A stretch of DNA of 48,177 bases, taken from NCBI GenBank assembly GCA_040375075.1, contig JBEITC010000001.1, positions 1-48,177 of the forward strand, given 5' to 3'. This document shows positions 17,348 through 26,616 of the stretch, piece after piece (the first letter of the stretch is position 1; every line of letters begins with the position of its first letter). This DNA is from Planctomycetota bacterium (GTDB lineage Bacteria > Planctomycetota > UBA1135 > UBA2386). Position numbers and translations under genes: made by a program. The notes beneath the pieces are model-generated. The model was not told the origin of the DNA. It saw nothing but the letters and a program-made list of their open reading frames with translations, and searched no databases.

Positions 17348-18028
17348 ATGGCCAATCGCTACTTCGTCGAGGCGCTGCCGGCGGACGGCCGGCACGCACT
17401 GCCCGAGGACGTCGCCCACCATTTGGCGCGCGTGCTGCGATGCCGACCGGGCGATCCGGTGCGACTCGGCGACGGCGTGGGCGGCACGGCAGATGCCGTC
17501 GTGTTTTCTGCCGACAAACGCGGCGTGACGGTCGACGTGCAGGCGTTTCGGCGCGATCCGTCGCCCACCGTCGAACTCACCCTCGCGTTCGCGCTGCCGC
17601 GCCTGCAGCGCGCCGAGTGGCTGCTGGAGCACGGCACCGAGGTCGGCGTGGCGGCCTTCCAGCCGATCTGGACCGCGCGCACGCGACCTGGCAACGAACG
17701 GCCAGATCGCTGGCAGCGCATCGTGACGGCGGCCGCCGGCCAGTGCGATCGGGCATGGCTTCCGACGGTCCGGCCGGCCTGCGCGCTCGCCGACCTGCTC
17801 GCGCAACCGGCGCGCGGACCGCGCCTGCTCGCCAGCATCGCCGGGGAAGAATGCCGACCTCTTGCCGCCGGTCCCGCGACACTGCTCGTCGGCCCGGAAG
17901 GCGGCTTCGACGCCGACGAGCTCGCCGCCATCACCGCCGCGGGCTACGCCGGGGTGCGGCTTGGCCGCCACATCCTCCGCACCGAGACCGCGGCGCTGGT
18001 CGGCGCTGCGATGCTGCTCGCGCATTGA
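17348..18028 (+). CDS. rsmE: 16S rRNA (uracil1498-N3)-methyltransferase RsmE
   Basis: 226 aa. MANRYFV start, LLVGPEGGFDADEL and LGRHILRTETA motifs are typical of the RsmE/SPOUT family. Confidence 0.9.
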   Translation: MANRYFVEALPADGRHALPEDVAHHLARVLRCRPGDPVRLGDGVGGTADAVVFSADKRGVTVDVQAFRRDPSPTVELTLAFALPRLQRAEWLLEHGTEVGVAAFQPIWTARTRPGNERPDRWQRIVTAAAGQCDRAWLPTVRPACALADLLAQPARGPRLLASIAGEECRPLAAGPATLLVGPEGGFDADELAAITAAGYAGVRLGRHILRTETAALVGAAMLLAH

Positions 18029-18035
18029 GGCCGCC

Positions 18036-18076
18036 CGGAAACGAACACGCCCCGCGGCCGAGGCCGCGAGGCGTGT
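18036..18076. terminator. GC-rich hairpin between convergent genes, with a U-rich tail on the minus strand
   Basis: ACACGCC-CGCGGCC/GGCCGCG-GGCGTGT interrupted stem at 18045-18076. On the minus strand it is followed by UUCGUUUCC, similar to the tail of the rplT terminator. It lies between the rsmE stop (18028) and the stop of the 744-aa gene (18098). Confidence 0.45.
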
Positions 18077-18097
18077 CGCTGCCGTCACTCGCCGGCG

Positions 18098-20332
18098 TCA
18101 GTTGACGCCGAGCAGCAACTGCAGCGCGTTCGACGTGATCGCGCCGAAGGCGTTGACGCCCGGCTTGAGCACCGCCGACTGGTTCATGATCACCGTGCCC
18201 GAGGCGCCGGCGACGTTCGGCACCGTGAACGGGACGGCCTGGGTCGCGCCGCCGATCAAGAACGTGTTCAGCACGTCGAGGCCGGCGTACAGGCGGCAAC
18301 CCGGCATGCCGAGCACACCGAGGTCGAAGCCCGGGGCCGGGTACTCCGTCAGCGACAGGATCGAGATGCCGATCGCCGCGCCCGACGGGATGTTCGCCGT
18401 CTGCAGGTTGATCGTCGAGCCCATGATCGGGCGCGCCGAGGCCGTCAGCGCGAGGTTCGGCACCGGGCCGCTGCACAGGGCAAGGCCAGCGCCGAGGTTC
18501 GCCGAGATGTCCCAGCTGCCCGGATCGGCAGCGCCGCTGCCGCGCGTGAAGCCGGCGAGGTACTCGTTGCCCGCGGCCGTGACCGCGCCGTAGACGACGT
18601 TGACGTTGCCGTTCGGGAAGAACTGGTACTGGAACGTCGCCGAGCCGCCGCCGGAGTAGTTCGGCACCGCGGTGAACGTGATGCGGACGACGCTCGGGCT
18701 GCTGTCGAGCTTGATCTGGCCGGTGCCAGCGTTCAGGTCGTGCCACGCCGCCGCCCACGTCGGAGCGCCGGAGAGGAACGCCGACGCCGAGGGCGTGTAC
18801 GAGGTGCTGTTGCCGCCGGCCTGGACGAAGCCGTTGGTGCAGACCCACAGCGTGTTGGTCGTGCCGCCGGGGTACGGCAGCGCGAAGGGCAGCGTGACGC
18901 TGGCGCCCGCGTCGTCGCCCGACGTGATGTTGGTCGCCGTGCCCGCCGGCGCCACGAACGTGCCCGTGCCCTGGCTCAGGTTGTAGTCCGAGCCGGTGTA
19001 CGTCAGCGCCCAGCGCGAGTTGGCGAGGTCGAACGAGCCCGCCGACGCGAAGAACTCGTAGAACGACGACTGGCAGTTCGTGCCGCCGCACCCGGCGCCG
19101 GTCGCCGTCGTCTGCGCGAAGGTCGAACCGCTCGGCACCTTGGCGCCGACGCCGACGCTGAGCGCGCCCGGACCGAGGCGCGCCTCGTCGAGCGTCACGA
19201 GGCCGGAGCCCGGCGCGAAGTTCGCGTCGAAGCCGAAGTTGTAGATCGTGCCCCAGTTGAGCGGGTTGCTCGCCGGCGCGGTGAAGACGATCTCGTTGCC
19301 GACGCGCGCGGCGGTCCACTCGTTGAGCGCGTTGGTGTCGATGTCGCCGAAGCTGAAGTTGCTGGCCACGGCGCCCGCGTCGATCGGCACGCGCAGCGTC
19401 GCGCCACCGCGGTTGTTGTCGACGTTGTGGACGGCGTACTCGTAGTGGTAGCTGCCGCCGCCGAGCGGCGTCACCACGCAACCGACGAAGAAGCGGCCGT
19501 CGTCGTTGCCGTTCTGGCCGACGTTGACCTCAGCGCCCGGCCACCGCGTCAGCACCGAACCGTGCGTCATCGGGTTGGCGTTGTTCGGGAACGACCACGT
19601 GCTGCCGCCGTACGTCGGCGTGCAACCGCGCGAGGCGAGGTTGTCCCCGCGGTTGGCGACGGACTCGCCCTGGTGGATCAACTGGATCGCGTAGTAGTAC
19701 TGAGCGCTCGGCGTGAGCAGGTCGGCCTCGCGCACGGTCATGCGGTTCTTGACCGCGTCGAACGCGCCGGTCTGCGTGCCCGTCAGCGTGCGGACGCCGT
19801 CGATCGCCGCGGCGCCGGTCACGGCCGGATCGCCGTAGTCGAAGTAGCTGCCGACCGGGTTCCACGTGCCGAGCCACGGATCGATCTCCGCGGGCGGGCC
19901 GAGCCAGAAGCGGTCGGCGTTGTTGCCAGCGCCGTAGGTGTCGGAGCAGCCGACGCCCATGACGCTGCCGCCGGGCGTGTTGCAGGTGCCGCACGCGCCG
20001 GAGTAGTTCGTCGACGTGAAGGCGTGCTTGCAGAAGCTCCAGTCGTTGACCTGCTCGATCTTGCCGCCGCTGACGCGGACCAGCAGGAAGCCGAACTTCG
20101 GGTGGTTGCTCTGCATCGCCGCGGTCCACGGGATGCCGACCGAGCCCGGGTTGCACATCTCGTTGAGCATCGCCATGCCGACCTCGCCGTTCGGGTGCGC
20201 GGCGCCACGGCGGCCGTAGTACGTCAGCGAGTCGATCAGCGAGAGGCGGCCGTCGAGGCCCGCGACGGAGTTCGATTGCGCGGCCAAGGTGGTGGCAAGG
20301 GCCGCGAACGACAGCAACGCGAACTTGTTCAT
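18098..20332 (-). CDS. secreted Cys-containing protein of unknown function (744 aa) with a NIDO-like central region
   Basis: Frame 18098..20380 trimmed to MNKFALLSFAALATTLAAQ (signal peptide). Cys cluster CKHAF...GACGTCNTPGG...GCSDTYG. The central block LPFALPYPGGTTNTLWVCTNGFV...AAWHDLN...FQYQFFPNGNVNVVYG resembles nidogen-type NIDO domains. No enzyme motif seen. Confidence 0.7.
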   Translation of the reverse strand: MNKFALLSFAALATTLAAQSNSVAGLDGRLSLIDSLTYYGRRGAAHPNGEVGMAMLNEMCNPGSVGIPWTAAMQSNHPKFGFLLVRVSGGKIEQVNDWSFCKHAFTSTNYSGACGTCNTPGGSVMGVGCSDTYGAGNNADRFWLGPPAEIDPWLGTWNPVGSYFDYGDPAVTGAAAIDGVRTLTGTQTGAFDAVKNRMTVREADLLTPSAQYYYAIQLIHQGESVANRGDNLASRGCTPTYGGSTWSFPNNANPMTHGSVLTRWPGAEVNVGQNGNDDGRFFVGCVVTPLGGGSYHYEYAVHNVDNNRGGATLRVPIDAGAVASNFSFGDIDTNALNEWTAARVGNEIVFTAPASNPLNWGTIYNFGFDANFAPGSGLVTLDEARLGPGALSVGVGAKVPSGSTFAQTTATGAGCGGTNCQSSFYEFFASAGSFDLANSRWALTYTGSDYNLSQGTGTFVAPAGTATNITSGDDAGASVTLPFALPYPGGTTNTLWVCTNGFVQAGGNSTSYTPSASAFLSGAPTWAAAWHDLNAGTGQIKLDSSPSVVRITFTAVPNYSGGGSATFQYQFFPNGNVNVVYGAVTAAGNEYLAGFTRGSGAADPGSWDISANLGAGLALCSGPVPNLALTASARPIMGSTINLQTANIPSGAAIGISILSLTEYPAPGFDLGVLGMPGCRLYAGLDVLNTFLIGGATQAVPFTVPNVAGASGTVIMNQSAVLKPGVNAFGAITSNALQLLLGVN

Positions 20333-20503
20333 GGTGCGATGCAGGGACGAAGTGAGACGAGCGCCGAAGCCCGGCGCCATGGCGGGGACTTCGCCACCGT
20401 AACTCTATCCCTCGACTCTGCCTAGCCCGCCCCGTCGATCCCGGATCGAGACCTCGAGGCCAGCCTTGCATGGCCGCCCGCAACCGCCGACTGTGGGCGG
20501 ACG

Positions 20504-21673
20504 ATGGCACGGCCCCAAGCCCAACGGATCCCCGACCTGCGGCTGAAGATCCGCGTCCATGGCCGACACCCCTGGTTCTACCGCAAGATGATCCAGAAGC
20601 CGGAGCAGCCGCTCCCGGCTGGCACCCCGGCGGTGGTCAAGGACAAGGACGGCAAGCTGGTCGGCACCGGCTTCTACAATCCGCGCGCGGAACTGGCGCT
20701 GCGGATGTTCTCCGACGAGCCCGTGGCGGACGTGCGCAGCCACTTCCTCAGCGCCTTGCAGCAGGCGGTCGCGCTGCGCGAGGACACGCTCGGCCTGTCG
20801 CGCTACACCGATGCCTACCGCCTGGTCCACGCAGAAGGCGACGGCTTCCCGGGGCTCGTGCTCGACAAGCTCGGCGGCGCCTTCGTCGCCCAGGTCGCCT
20901 CGCTCGGCATGCTGCAACAGCTGGAGGCGCTGGGCGAATGGCTGCTGCGCAAGTATCCAGGCAGCAAGCTCGCGTTGCTGCAGGACAAGGACTGGGCCGA
21001 GCGCGAAGGCATGGACAAGCTGTCCAGGCCGGCGGCGATCCACACCACGGTGCGCGAGCATGGTCTGACGTACGCCGTGCAGGCCGGGGCCGGCCACAAG
21101 ACCGGCTTCTTCGCCGACCAGCGCGACAATCGCTGGGCGGTGCGCAACCTCAGCCGTGGCCGCTCGGTGCTCGACCTGTGCTGCAACAGTGGCGGCTTCG
21201 CGCTCAACGCAGTCGTCGGCGGCGCTGCGAAGGTCGTCGCGGCCGACCTCGACGAAGCGATGGTCGCGCAGACGCAGCACAACGCCGCCGCCAACCGGCA
21301 CAAGCTCACCGCGATCCACGGCGACGCCTTCGACCTGTTGCGGGAGGCGCAGCAGGGCGCGCACGACCTGCTGATCCTGGATCCGCCGAAGTGGGTCCAC
21401 CACCGCGAAGAACTCGAGACCGGCATCCAGCGGTACTTCGACCTCAACCGGCTGGGCTTCGAGAAGGTCGCGCGCGGCGGCATCGTCGTGACCTGCTCGT
21501 GCTCGGGCAGCGTCAGCGAGGAGCAGTTCCTGCGCATGCTGCGCGACGCGGCGGCGGCCGCCGGCCGTGACGCACGGGTGCTGATGCTGCGCGGCGCCGG
21601 CGCGGACCATCCGATCGCGCTCGAATGCATGGAGACGCGCTACCTGAAGGTCGCGTTCCTGCAGGTGCGCTGA
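20504..21673 (+). CDS. rlmI: class I SAM-dependent 23S rRNA (cytosine-C5) methyltransferase, RlmI-like (PUA + MTase)
   Basis: 389 aa. HPWFYRKMI PUA-like N-terminus, KTGFFADQRDNR, DLCCNSGGF (SAM motif I) and ILDPPKW (motif IV). Confidence 0.85.
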   Translation: MARPQAQRIPDLRLKIRVHGRHPWFYRKMIQKPEQPLPAGTPAVVKDKDGKLVGTGFYNPRAELALRMFSDEPVADVRSHFLSALQQAVALREDTLGLSRYTDAYRLVHAEGDGFPGLVLDKLGGAFVAQVASLGMLQQLEALGEWLLRKYPGSKLALLQDKDWAEREGMDKLSRPAAIHTTVREHGLTYAVQAGAGHKTGFFADQRDNRWAVRNLSRGRSVLDLCCNSGGFALNAVVGGAAKVVAADLDEAMVAQTQHNAAANRHKLTAIHGDAFDLLREAQQGAHDLLILDPPKWVHHREELETGIQRYFDLNRLGFEKVARGGIVVTCSCSGSVSEEQFLRMLRDAAAAAGRDARVLMLRGAGADHPIALECMETRYLKVAFLQVR

Positions 21674-21685
21674 GGCCGCGCGGCG

Positions 21686-22240
21686 ATGGCCGACCTCGAC
21701 GCGCGCCTCCATGCCCGCCTCGCGCCGATCGGCGAATGGCAGGCGACCACGATGCGGCGCGCAGCCGTGTTGATGCCGCTGCTCGCCATGGGCGGCGTCG
21801 ACGGCGTGCTGCTGGTCGTGCGCCCGGACTCCGCGCGCCAGCACGCCGGCCAGATCGCGTTCCCCGGCGGCATGCGCGACGGCGACGAGACGATCGCGGC
21901 GACCGCCGCGCGCGAATGCCGCGAAGAGACCGGTGTGGCCCCCACGGCGCTGCTCGGTTCGCTGCCGCCGCGCGCCAGTTCGAGCGGCATCCTGGTGCAC
22001 GCCGTCGTCGGCCGCCTGCCCGCCGACGCAGCGCTCCGACCCTGCCCGCGCGAGGTCGTGCGCACGCTGTGGACGCCGCTGGCCGAGGCGCTCGACGACG
22101 CGCGCTGGCGCGAACTGCCGCCGCCGGGCGGGGCCATGGGCGCGCAACCGGCGACGAGCCCGCACTTCCGCCACGGCGACGACCTGATCTGGGGCCTGAC
22201 GGGCCGCTTCCTGCGCGATCTGGCAGCAGCGCTCCGCTGA
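21686..22240 (+). CDS. Nudix hydrolase, CoA pyrophosphatase type
   Basis: LLVVRPDSARQHAGQIAFPGG fits the NuCoA motif LLxxRxxxxRxxxGxxxFPGG. It is followed directly by the Nudix box GGMRDGDETIAATAARECREETGV. Confidence 0.8.
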   Translation: MADLDARLHARLAPIGEWQATTMRRAAVLMPLLAMGGVDGVLLVVRPDSARQHAGQIAFPGGMRDGDETIAATAARECREETGVAPTALLGSLPPRASSSGILVHAVVGRLPADAALRPCPREVVRTLWTPLAEALDDARWRELPPPGGAMGAQPATSPHFRHGDDLIWGLTGRFLRDLAAALR

Positions 22241-22252
22241 GCGCCGCCGCGG

Positions 22253-24661
22253 TCAGCCGCGCAGTTCCGCGCCGATCTGGCCGGCGTTCTCGCGGACCTT
22301 GCCGAGGAACTTCGCTTCGTCCTCGTCCGTGAGCGTGCGGTCGTCGGCGCCGAGCGTGACGGTGAAGTTGAGGCTCTTCTTGCCGGCTGGCAGGCGGTCG
22401 CCGCGGTAGGCCTCGAACAGTTGCACGTCGCGGACCAGCTTGCGACCGGTGGTGCGCAGGAACTCGGCGACCGCCGCGACCTGCACGGACTCGTCGACCA
22501 GCAGCGCGACGTCGACCGGCAGCGTCGGGAAGGTCGGCAGGGCCGCGTAGCGCGCGATCTTGCGCCCATTCACGAACAGCGCGCGCACGTCGAGGCACGC
22601 GATCGCCGTCGTCGCCGGCAGGTCGAGCGCGCGGGCCACCGCGGGATGCAGGCAGGCGACGTACCCGCACGGCGAGCCGTCGCGGTCGATGGCGACCGCG
22701 CGCGACGGATGCACCCAGGGCTGGTCGCTGCCGTGCCAGACGCGCTGCATGACGCCGGGGTAGCCGACGCGCTCGAGCAGCGAGCCCATGGCTTCGCGCA
22801 ACTCGAGGAACGGATGGGCGCCGTCGCGCCGCGCGAACACGAACGCGAGCTCGCGCACCTCGTGCGGCAGCTTGTGCTCGTCGCGCATCTCGGCGTGGTA
22901 GCCCTTGCCGTGTTCGCACAGGCGGACCTCGGCGGCGTGGCGGAGGTTCGGCGCGGCGCTGGCGAGCAGGCTCGGCAGCACGTGCCGACGGATGCGCGTC
23001 ACGTCGGGCGCGACCGGGTTCTGCACCTGCACGTACGCGTGGCCGCCAGCGCCGACGGCCTGCAGCACTGCGTCCGGCGTGAAGCTGTAGTTGTAGACCT
23101 CGCTGCAGCCGGTCTCGAGGCAGGCGACCTCGACCAGCCGCCGGGCGAGGAACAGCTCCTCGTTGCGCGGCGGCGGCGCGCTGGTGCCGTGCAGCGGCCG
23201 CTCGGGGATGTTGTCGTAGCGGTACATGCGCCCGACCTCCTCGATGAGGTCGTCCTCGATGGCGATGTCCTTGGTGGCGCGGAAGCTCGGCACGACGCAG
23301 TCGAAGCCGTCCTTCGTCGTGGTCACGCCGAACTGCAGCGAGCGCAGGATCGACGCGACCTTGTCGTCGTCGATGCGCACGCCCAGCTTGAGCAACAGGC
23401 GCGCGCGCCGCAGCGTCACCGTCTTCGGCGCGTACTGGAAGCCGAGCGGATCAACGAGCGGACCGGCGGCCTTCGCGGTCGGACACCAGCGCTGCAGCTC
23501 CGTCAGGTAGGCGTGCACGGCGAGTTCGGCGTTGGCCGGGTCCTGCGCCTTCTCGAAGCGCGCGCTCGCGTCGGTGCGGAGGCCCAAGCGCATGCTCGTG
23601 CGCCGGATCGTCGACGCGTGGAAGTTGGCCGACTCCAGGAACAGCGTCGTCGTGTCGGCGGCGACCATCGTGCCCGCCCCACCCATCACCCCGGCGAGCG
23701 CTTCCGGCCGCTGGTCGGCGCAGATCAGCAGGTCCTGGTCGTTCAGCTTGCGCGCGACGCCGTCCAGCGTCGTGATCGCCTCGCCGTTGCGGGCGCGGCG
23801 GACGCGCACCGGGCCGCTGCCGACATGGCGCGCGTCGAACGCGTGCATCGGCTGGCCGAGGTCGAGCATGACGAAGTTGGTGACGTCGACCGGCAACGAG
23901 ATCGCGCGCTGGCCGACCGCCGCGAGCTGCCAGCGCAGCGCGAGCGGCGACGGCCCGCTGGCCACGCCGTCGACGACGAGGCCGCAGTAGCGCGGGCAGC
24001 CCTGCTTGTCTTCGACGACGACGTCGACGCGGCGGCCCGTCGCGGGCAGCGGCAGCGGCGCGCACGCCGGCTTCAGTTCGCGGCCGTAGATGGCAGCCAG
24101 CTCGCGGGCGAAGCCGTAGTGGCCCCACAGGTCGGGCCGGTGATTGACCGACTTGTTGTCGATCTCGAACACCCAGTCCTGCACGTCGAAGCAGTCGACG
24201 AAGCGCTCGCCGATCGGCGCGTCGGACGGCAGCACGAGGATGCCGTCGTTCTCGCTCGACAGGCCGAGCTCGGCCTCCGAGCAGATCATGCCCTGCGACT
24301 CGACGCCGCGGATCTTGCCGACCTTGATCTTGAGCGCGCCCTTGCCGCCGCTCGCCGGGAGCGTGTCGCCCGGCTTGATGACGACGATGCGCTGACCGGC
24401 GGCGACGTTCGGGGCGCCGCAGACGATCTGCACGACGCCGCCCGCCTTGCCGAGGTCGACCTCGCAGACCGACAGCTTGTCGGCGTCCGGATGCTTCTCG
24501 CGCTTGCGCACGTGACCGATCACCAGCGGCTCGAGGCCGTCGCCGAAGCGGATCAGGCCGTCGATCTCGGCCGTGCTCATCGTCAGGTCGGCGAGGATGC
24601 GCTTGGGCTCGATGCCCGACAGGTCGACGTGGCGCTGCAGCCAACGCAGGGAGATCTTCAT
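22253..24661 (-). CDS. pheT: phenylalanine--tRNA ligase beta subunit
   Basis: Last 802 codons of ORF 22253..25342, starting MKISLRWLQRHVDLSGIEPKRILADLTMSTAEIDG. B3/4, B5 and anticodon-binding-like regions are present. The ATG at 24661 forms an ATGA overlap with the pheS stop. Confidence 0.95.
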   Translation of the reverse strand: MKISLRWLQRHVDLSGIEPKRILADLTMSTAEIDGLIRFGDGLEPLVIGHVRKREKHPDADKLSVCEVDLGKAGGVVQIVCGAPNVAAGQRIVVIKPGDTLPASGGKGALKIKVGKIRGVESQGMICSEAELGLSSENDGILVLPSDAPIGERFVDCFDVQDWVFEIDNKSVNHRPDLWGHYGFARELAAIYGRELKPACAPLPLPATGRRVDVVVEDKQGCPRYCGLVVDGVASGPSPLALRWQLAAVGQRAISLPVDVTNFVMLDLGQPMHAFDARHVGSGPVRVRRARNGEAITTLDGVARKLNDQDLLICADQRPEALAGVMGGAGTMVAADTTTLFLESANFHASTIRRTSMRLGLRTDASARFEKAQDPANAELAVHAYLTELQRWCPTAKAAGPLVDPLGFQYAPKTVTLRRARLLLKLGVRIDDDKVASILRSLQFGVTTTKDGFDCVVPSFRATKDIAIEDDLIEEVGRMYRYDNIPERPLHGTSAPPPRNEELFLARRLVEVACLETGCSEVYNYSFTPDAVLQAVGAGGHAYVQVQNPVAPDVTRIRRHVLPSLLASAAPNLRHAAEVRLCEHGKGYHAEMRDEHKLPHEVRELAFVFARRDGAHPFLELREAMGSLLERVGYPGVMQRVWHGSDQPWVHPSRAVAIDRDGSPCGYVACLHPAVARALDLPATTAIACLDVRALFVNGRKIARYAALPTFPTLPVDVALLVDESVQVAAVAEFLRTTGRKLVRDVQLFEAYRGDRLPAGKKSLNFTVTLGADDRTLTDEDEAKFLGKVRENAGQIGAELRG

Positions 24662-25716
24662 CGGCTCACCTCCGGGAACTGCGCGAGGAAGCGCTTGTCG
24701 CCGCCCATGAATTGACGGATGTCGTCGATGCCGTAGCGCAGCATGACCACGCGCTGCAGGCCCATGCCGAACGCGAAGCCGACGAACTCCTCGGGGTCGA
24801 GGCCGCCGGCGCGCAGGACGTTGGGATGCACCATGCCGCACGGCAGGATCTCGATCCAACCGGACTGCTTGCACACCGCGCAGCCCTGGCCCTTGCAGAA
24901 CGGGCAGTTGACGTCGAGTTCGAACCCCGGCTCGACGAACGGGAAGAAGCCGGGCCGCAGTCGCACCTGCACGTCGCGCTCGAGCACGACCCGCAGGCAC
25001 GTCTTCATGGTGTGGATCAGGTTGGCGATGCTGATGCCGCTGTCGCCGTGCGCGCGGTCCACCACCAGCCCTTCCATCTGGTAGAACGTGTGCTCGTGCG
25101 TTCGGTCGACGGTCTCGCTGCGGAACACGCGGCCAGGAACGATGACCTTGAGCGGCGGCTGGAAGCCCTGCTTGACCGCGCGCAGCAGCGTGCGCACCTG
25201 CACCGGCGACGTGTGCGTGCGCAGCAGGTTCTTGTCCGTCAGCCAGAAGGTGTCCTGGCTCTCGCGCGCCGGGTGGTCGCCCGGGATGTTCAGCGCGTCG
25301 AAGTTGAAGAACTCCGACTCGACCTCCGGGCCGTCCTGCCACTGGAAGCCAAGGCTCGTGAACAGGTCGACGAGCTCGTTCTGCACGATCGTGATCGGAT
25401 GCATCGTGCCGCGCGGCTTGCGCACGCCCGGCTCGGTCGGATCGAACGCAGCGCCATCGAGCTCGCGCGCCATCGCCGCGGCAGCGAACTGCTCCTTGCG
25501 CGATGCGATCGCAGCCTCGACCTCCTGCTTGATCGCGTTCGCCAGCTTGCCGAACGCCGGTCGCTCCTCCTTCGGCAACGACGTCACCGAGCGGACGAAC
25601 TCGACCACCTCGCCCTTGCCGCCGAACAGGCGCGCTTCGGCCTCGACGAGGGCGGCAGGGTCGGCGGCCGCGGCGACGGCGGCCAGCCAGCGATCACGTT
25701 GGGCTTGCGGATCCAT
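24658..25716 (-). CDS. pheS: phenylalanine--tRNA ligase alpha subunit
   Basis: 352 aa. Class II aaRS motifs are present (HPARESQDTFW; FRSETVDRTHEHTFYQMEG; GFAFGMGLQRVVMLRYGIDDIR). Confidence 0.95.
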   Translation of the reverse strand: MDPQAQRDRWLAAVAAAADPAALVEAEARLFGGKGEVVEFVRSVTSLPKEERPAFGKLANAIKQEVEAAIASRKEQFAAAAMARELDGAAFDPTEPGVRKPRGTMHPITIVQNELVDLFTSLGFQWQDGPEVESEFFNFDALNIPGDHPARESQDTFWLTDKNLLRTHTSPVQVRTLLRAVKQGFQPPLKVIVPGRVFRSETVDRTHEHTFYQMEGLVVDRAHGDSGISIANLIHTMKTCLRVVLERDVQVRLRPGFFPFVEPGFELDVNCPFCKGQGCAVCKQSGWIEILPCGMVHPNVLRAGGLDPEEFVGFAFGMGLQRVVMLRYGIDDIRQFMGGDKRFLAQFPEVSR

Positions 25717-25789
25717 GCGGGATGGCGGCGCTGCTGACCCGCCGCCGGGGCTGTGGGGATAGGTGCTGCGGGCGCTGGAAGTTCGCCCC

Positions 25790-25823
25790 GGAAAACGAAA
25801 CGGCGCTGGTCACTGCCAGCGCC
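25790..25823 (-). terminator. rho-independent terminator downstream of rplT
   Basis: On the minus strand: GGCGCUGG-CAGUGA-CCAGCGCC (8-bp GC stem, 6-nt loop, nt 25802-25823) followed by GUUUCGUUUUCC (25790-25801). It lies 49 nt after the rplT stop and 73 nt before the pheS ATG. Confidence 0.65.
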
Positions 25824-25871
25824 GCGTCGCGAATCGGAGATGCCGGACGCCGGAGCGCCCGGGACGCCGGC

Positions 25872-26228
25872 TCAGGCGAGAGCCTGCTTGGCCTTGCCGC
25901 AGATCGCCTCGAACGTCACCGGGTCCTTGATCGCCAGCTCGCTCAGTTCCTTGCGGTTGAGCTTGATGCCGGCCTTCTGGACGCCGTGGATGAACGCCGA
26001 GTAGCGCAGGCCGAAGCTCTTGACCGCGGCCGTGAGGCGCGTGATCCAGAGCGAGCGGAAGAAGCGCTTCTTCTGCTGGCGACCGGCGAAAGCGAACCGT
26101 TCGGCGCGAAGCACCGTGACGGTCGCCATCTTGAAGAGGTTGCGACGGCCTTGGCGGTAGCCCTTGGCCCGCTTCAGGAGACGATTGCGGCGCTGCCGCG
26201 TGGCAGGTCCGTTGGTTGCGCGACTCAT
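25872..26228 (-). CDS. rplT: 50S ribosomal protein L20
   Basis: 118 aa. RQRRNRLLKRAKGYRQGRRNLFK...RQQKKRFFRSLWITRLTAA is the canonical L20 sequence. Confidence 0.97.
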   Translation of the reverse strand: MSRATNGPATRQRRNRLLKRAKGYRQGRRNLFKMATVTVLRAERFAFAGRQQKKRFFRSLWITRLTAAVKSFGLRYSAFIHGVQKAGIKLNRKELSELAIKDPVTFEAICGKAKQALA

Positions 26229-26234
26229 TGCTGG

Positions 26235-26432
26235 TTACCTCCCGCCCAAGAGTTCCGCCATGTTGACGGCGATCTTGCCCTTGCAGAGGCCCTTCTGGCG
26301 CAGTTGGCGCTTCCGCTTGGAAGAGCGACGCACCAACAGGTGCGAAGTGTACGCGTGGCGGAACTTGACCTTGCCGGTCTTGGTCAGCTTCATGCGCTTG
26401 ACCACCGCCTTCTTGGTCTTCTGCTTCGTCAT
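26235..26432 (-). CDS. rpmI: 50S ribosomal protein L35
   Basis: 65 aa. MTKQKTKKAVVKRMKLTKTGKVKFRHAYTSHLL is canonical L35. It lies 6 nt upstream of rplT. Confidence 0.95.
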   Translation of the reverse strand: MTKQKTKKAVVKRMKLTKTGKVKFRHAYTSHLLVRRSSKRKRQLRQKGLCKGKIAVNMAELLGGR

Positions 26433-26616
26433 GGTCGGTCTGTCCGGTCGCCGAGGATCGTGCCGCGGGGCCGGTTCTCAGTCTTAGGAAGGGCGAGAAC
26501 GCTACCGGCAGAATCGACTTGCGCAAGTGCGGCCTGGGGAAAACTCTGGCGCTGGGGATCATTCCCCCCGACAACCGCTGCCACCGGGCTGCCCACGCCC
26601 GCGAACGCCACCCCTG

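Noticed and set aside
25717-25871. pheM-type leader peptide or T-box upstream of pheS.
   Set aside because: There is no ATG-initiated Phe-rich mini-ORF and no specifier/T-box sequence. Only the intrinsic terminator is supported.
26499-26526. Sigma70-like promoter candidate for rpmI on the minus strand: TTGCGC, 16-nt spacer, TAGCGT.
   Set aside because: The match is weak. The promoter consensus for this lineage is uncertain, and such hexamers arise by chance.
26433-26616. Possible SAM or cobalamin riboswitch upstream of the MetE-like operon, or an L20-binding leader upstream of rpmI.
   Set aside because: I could not find a B12 box or SAM-I/II core elements by eye. Only a small GGGGA-TCAT-TCCCC hairpin (26554-26567) is present. 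An Rfam scan is needed, so nothing is reported as a feature.
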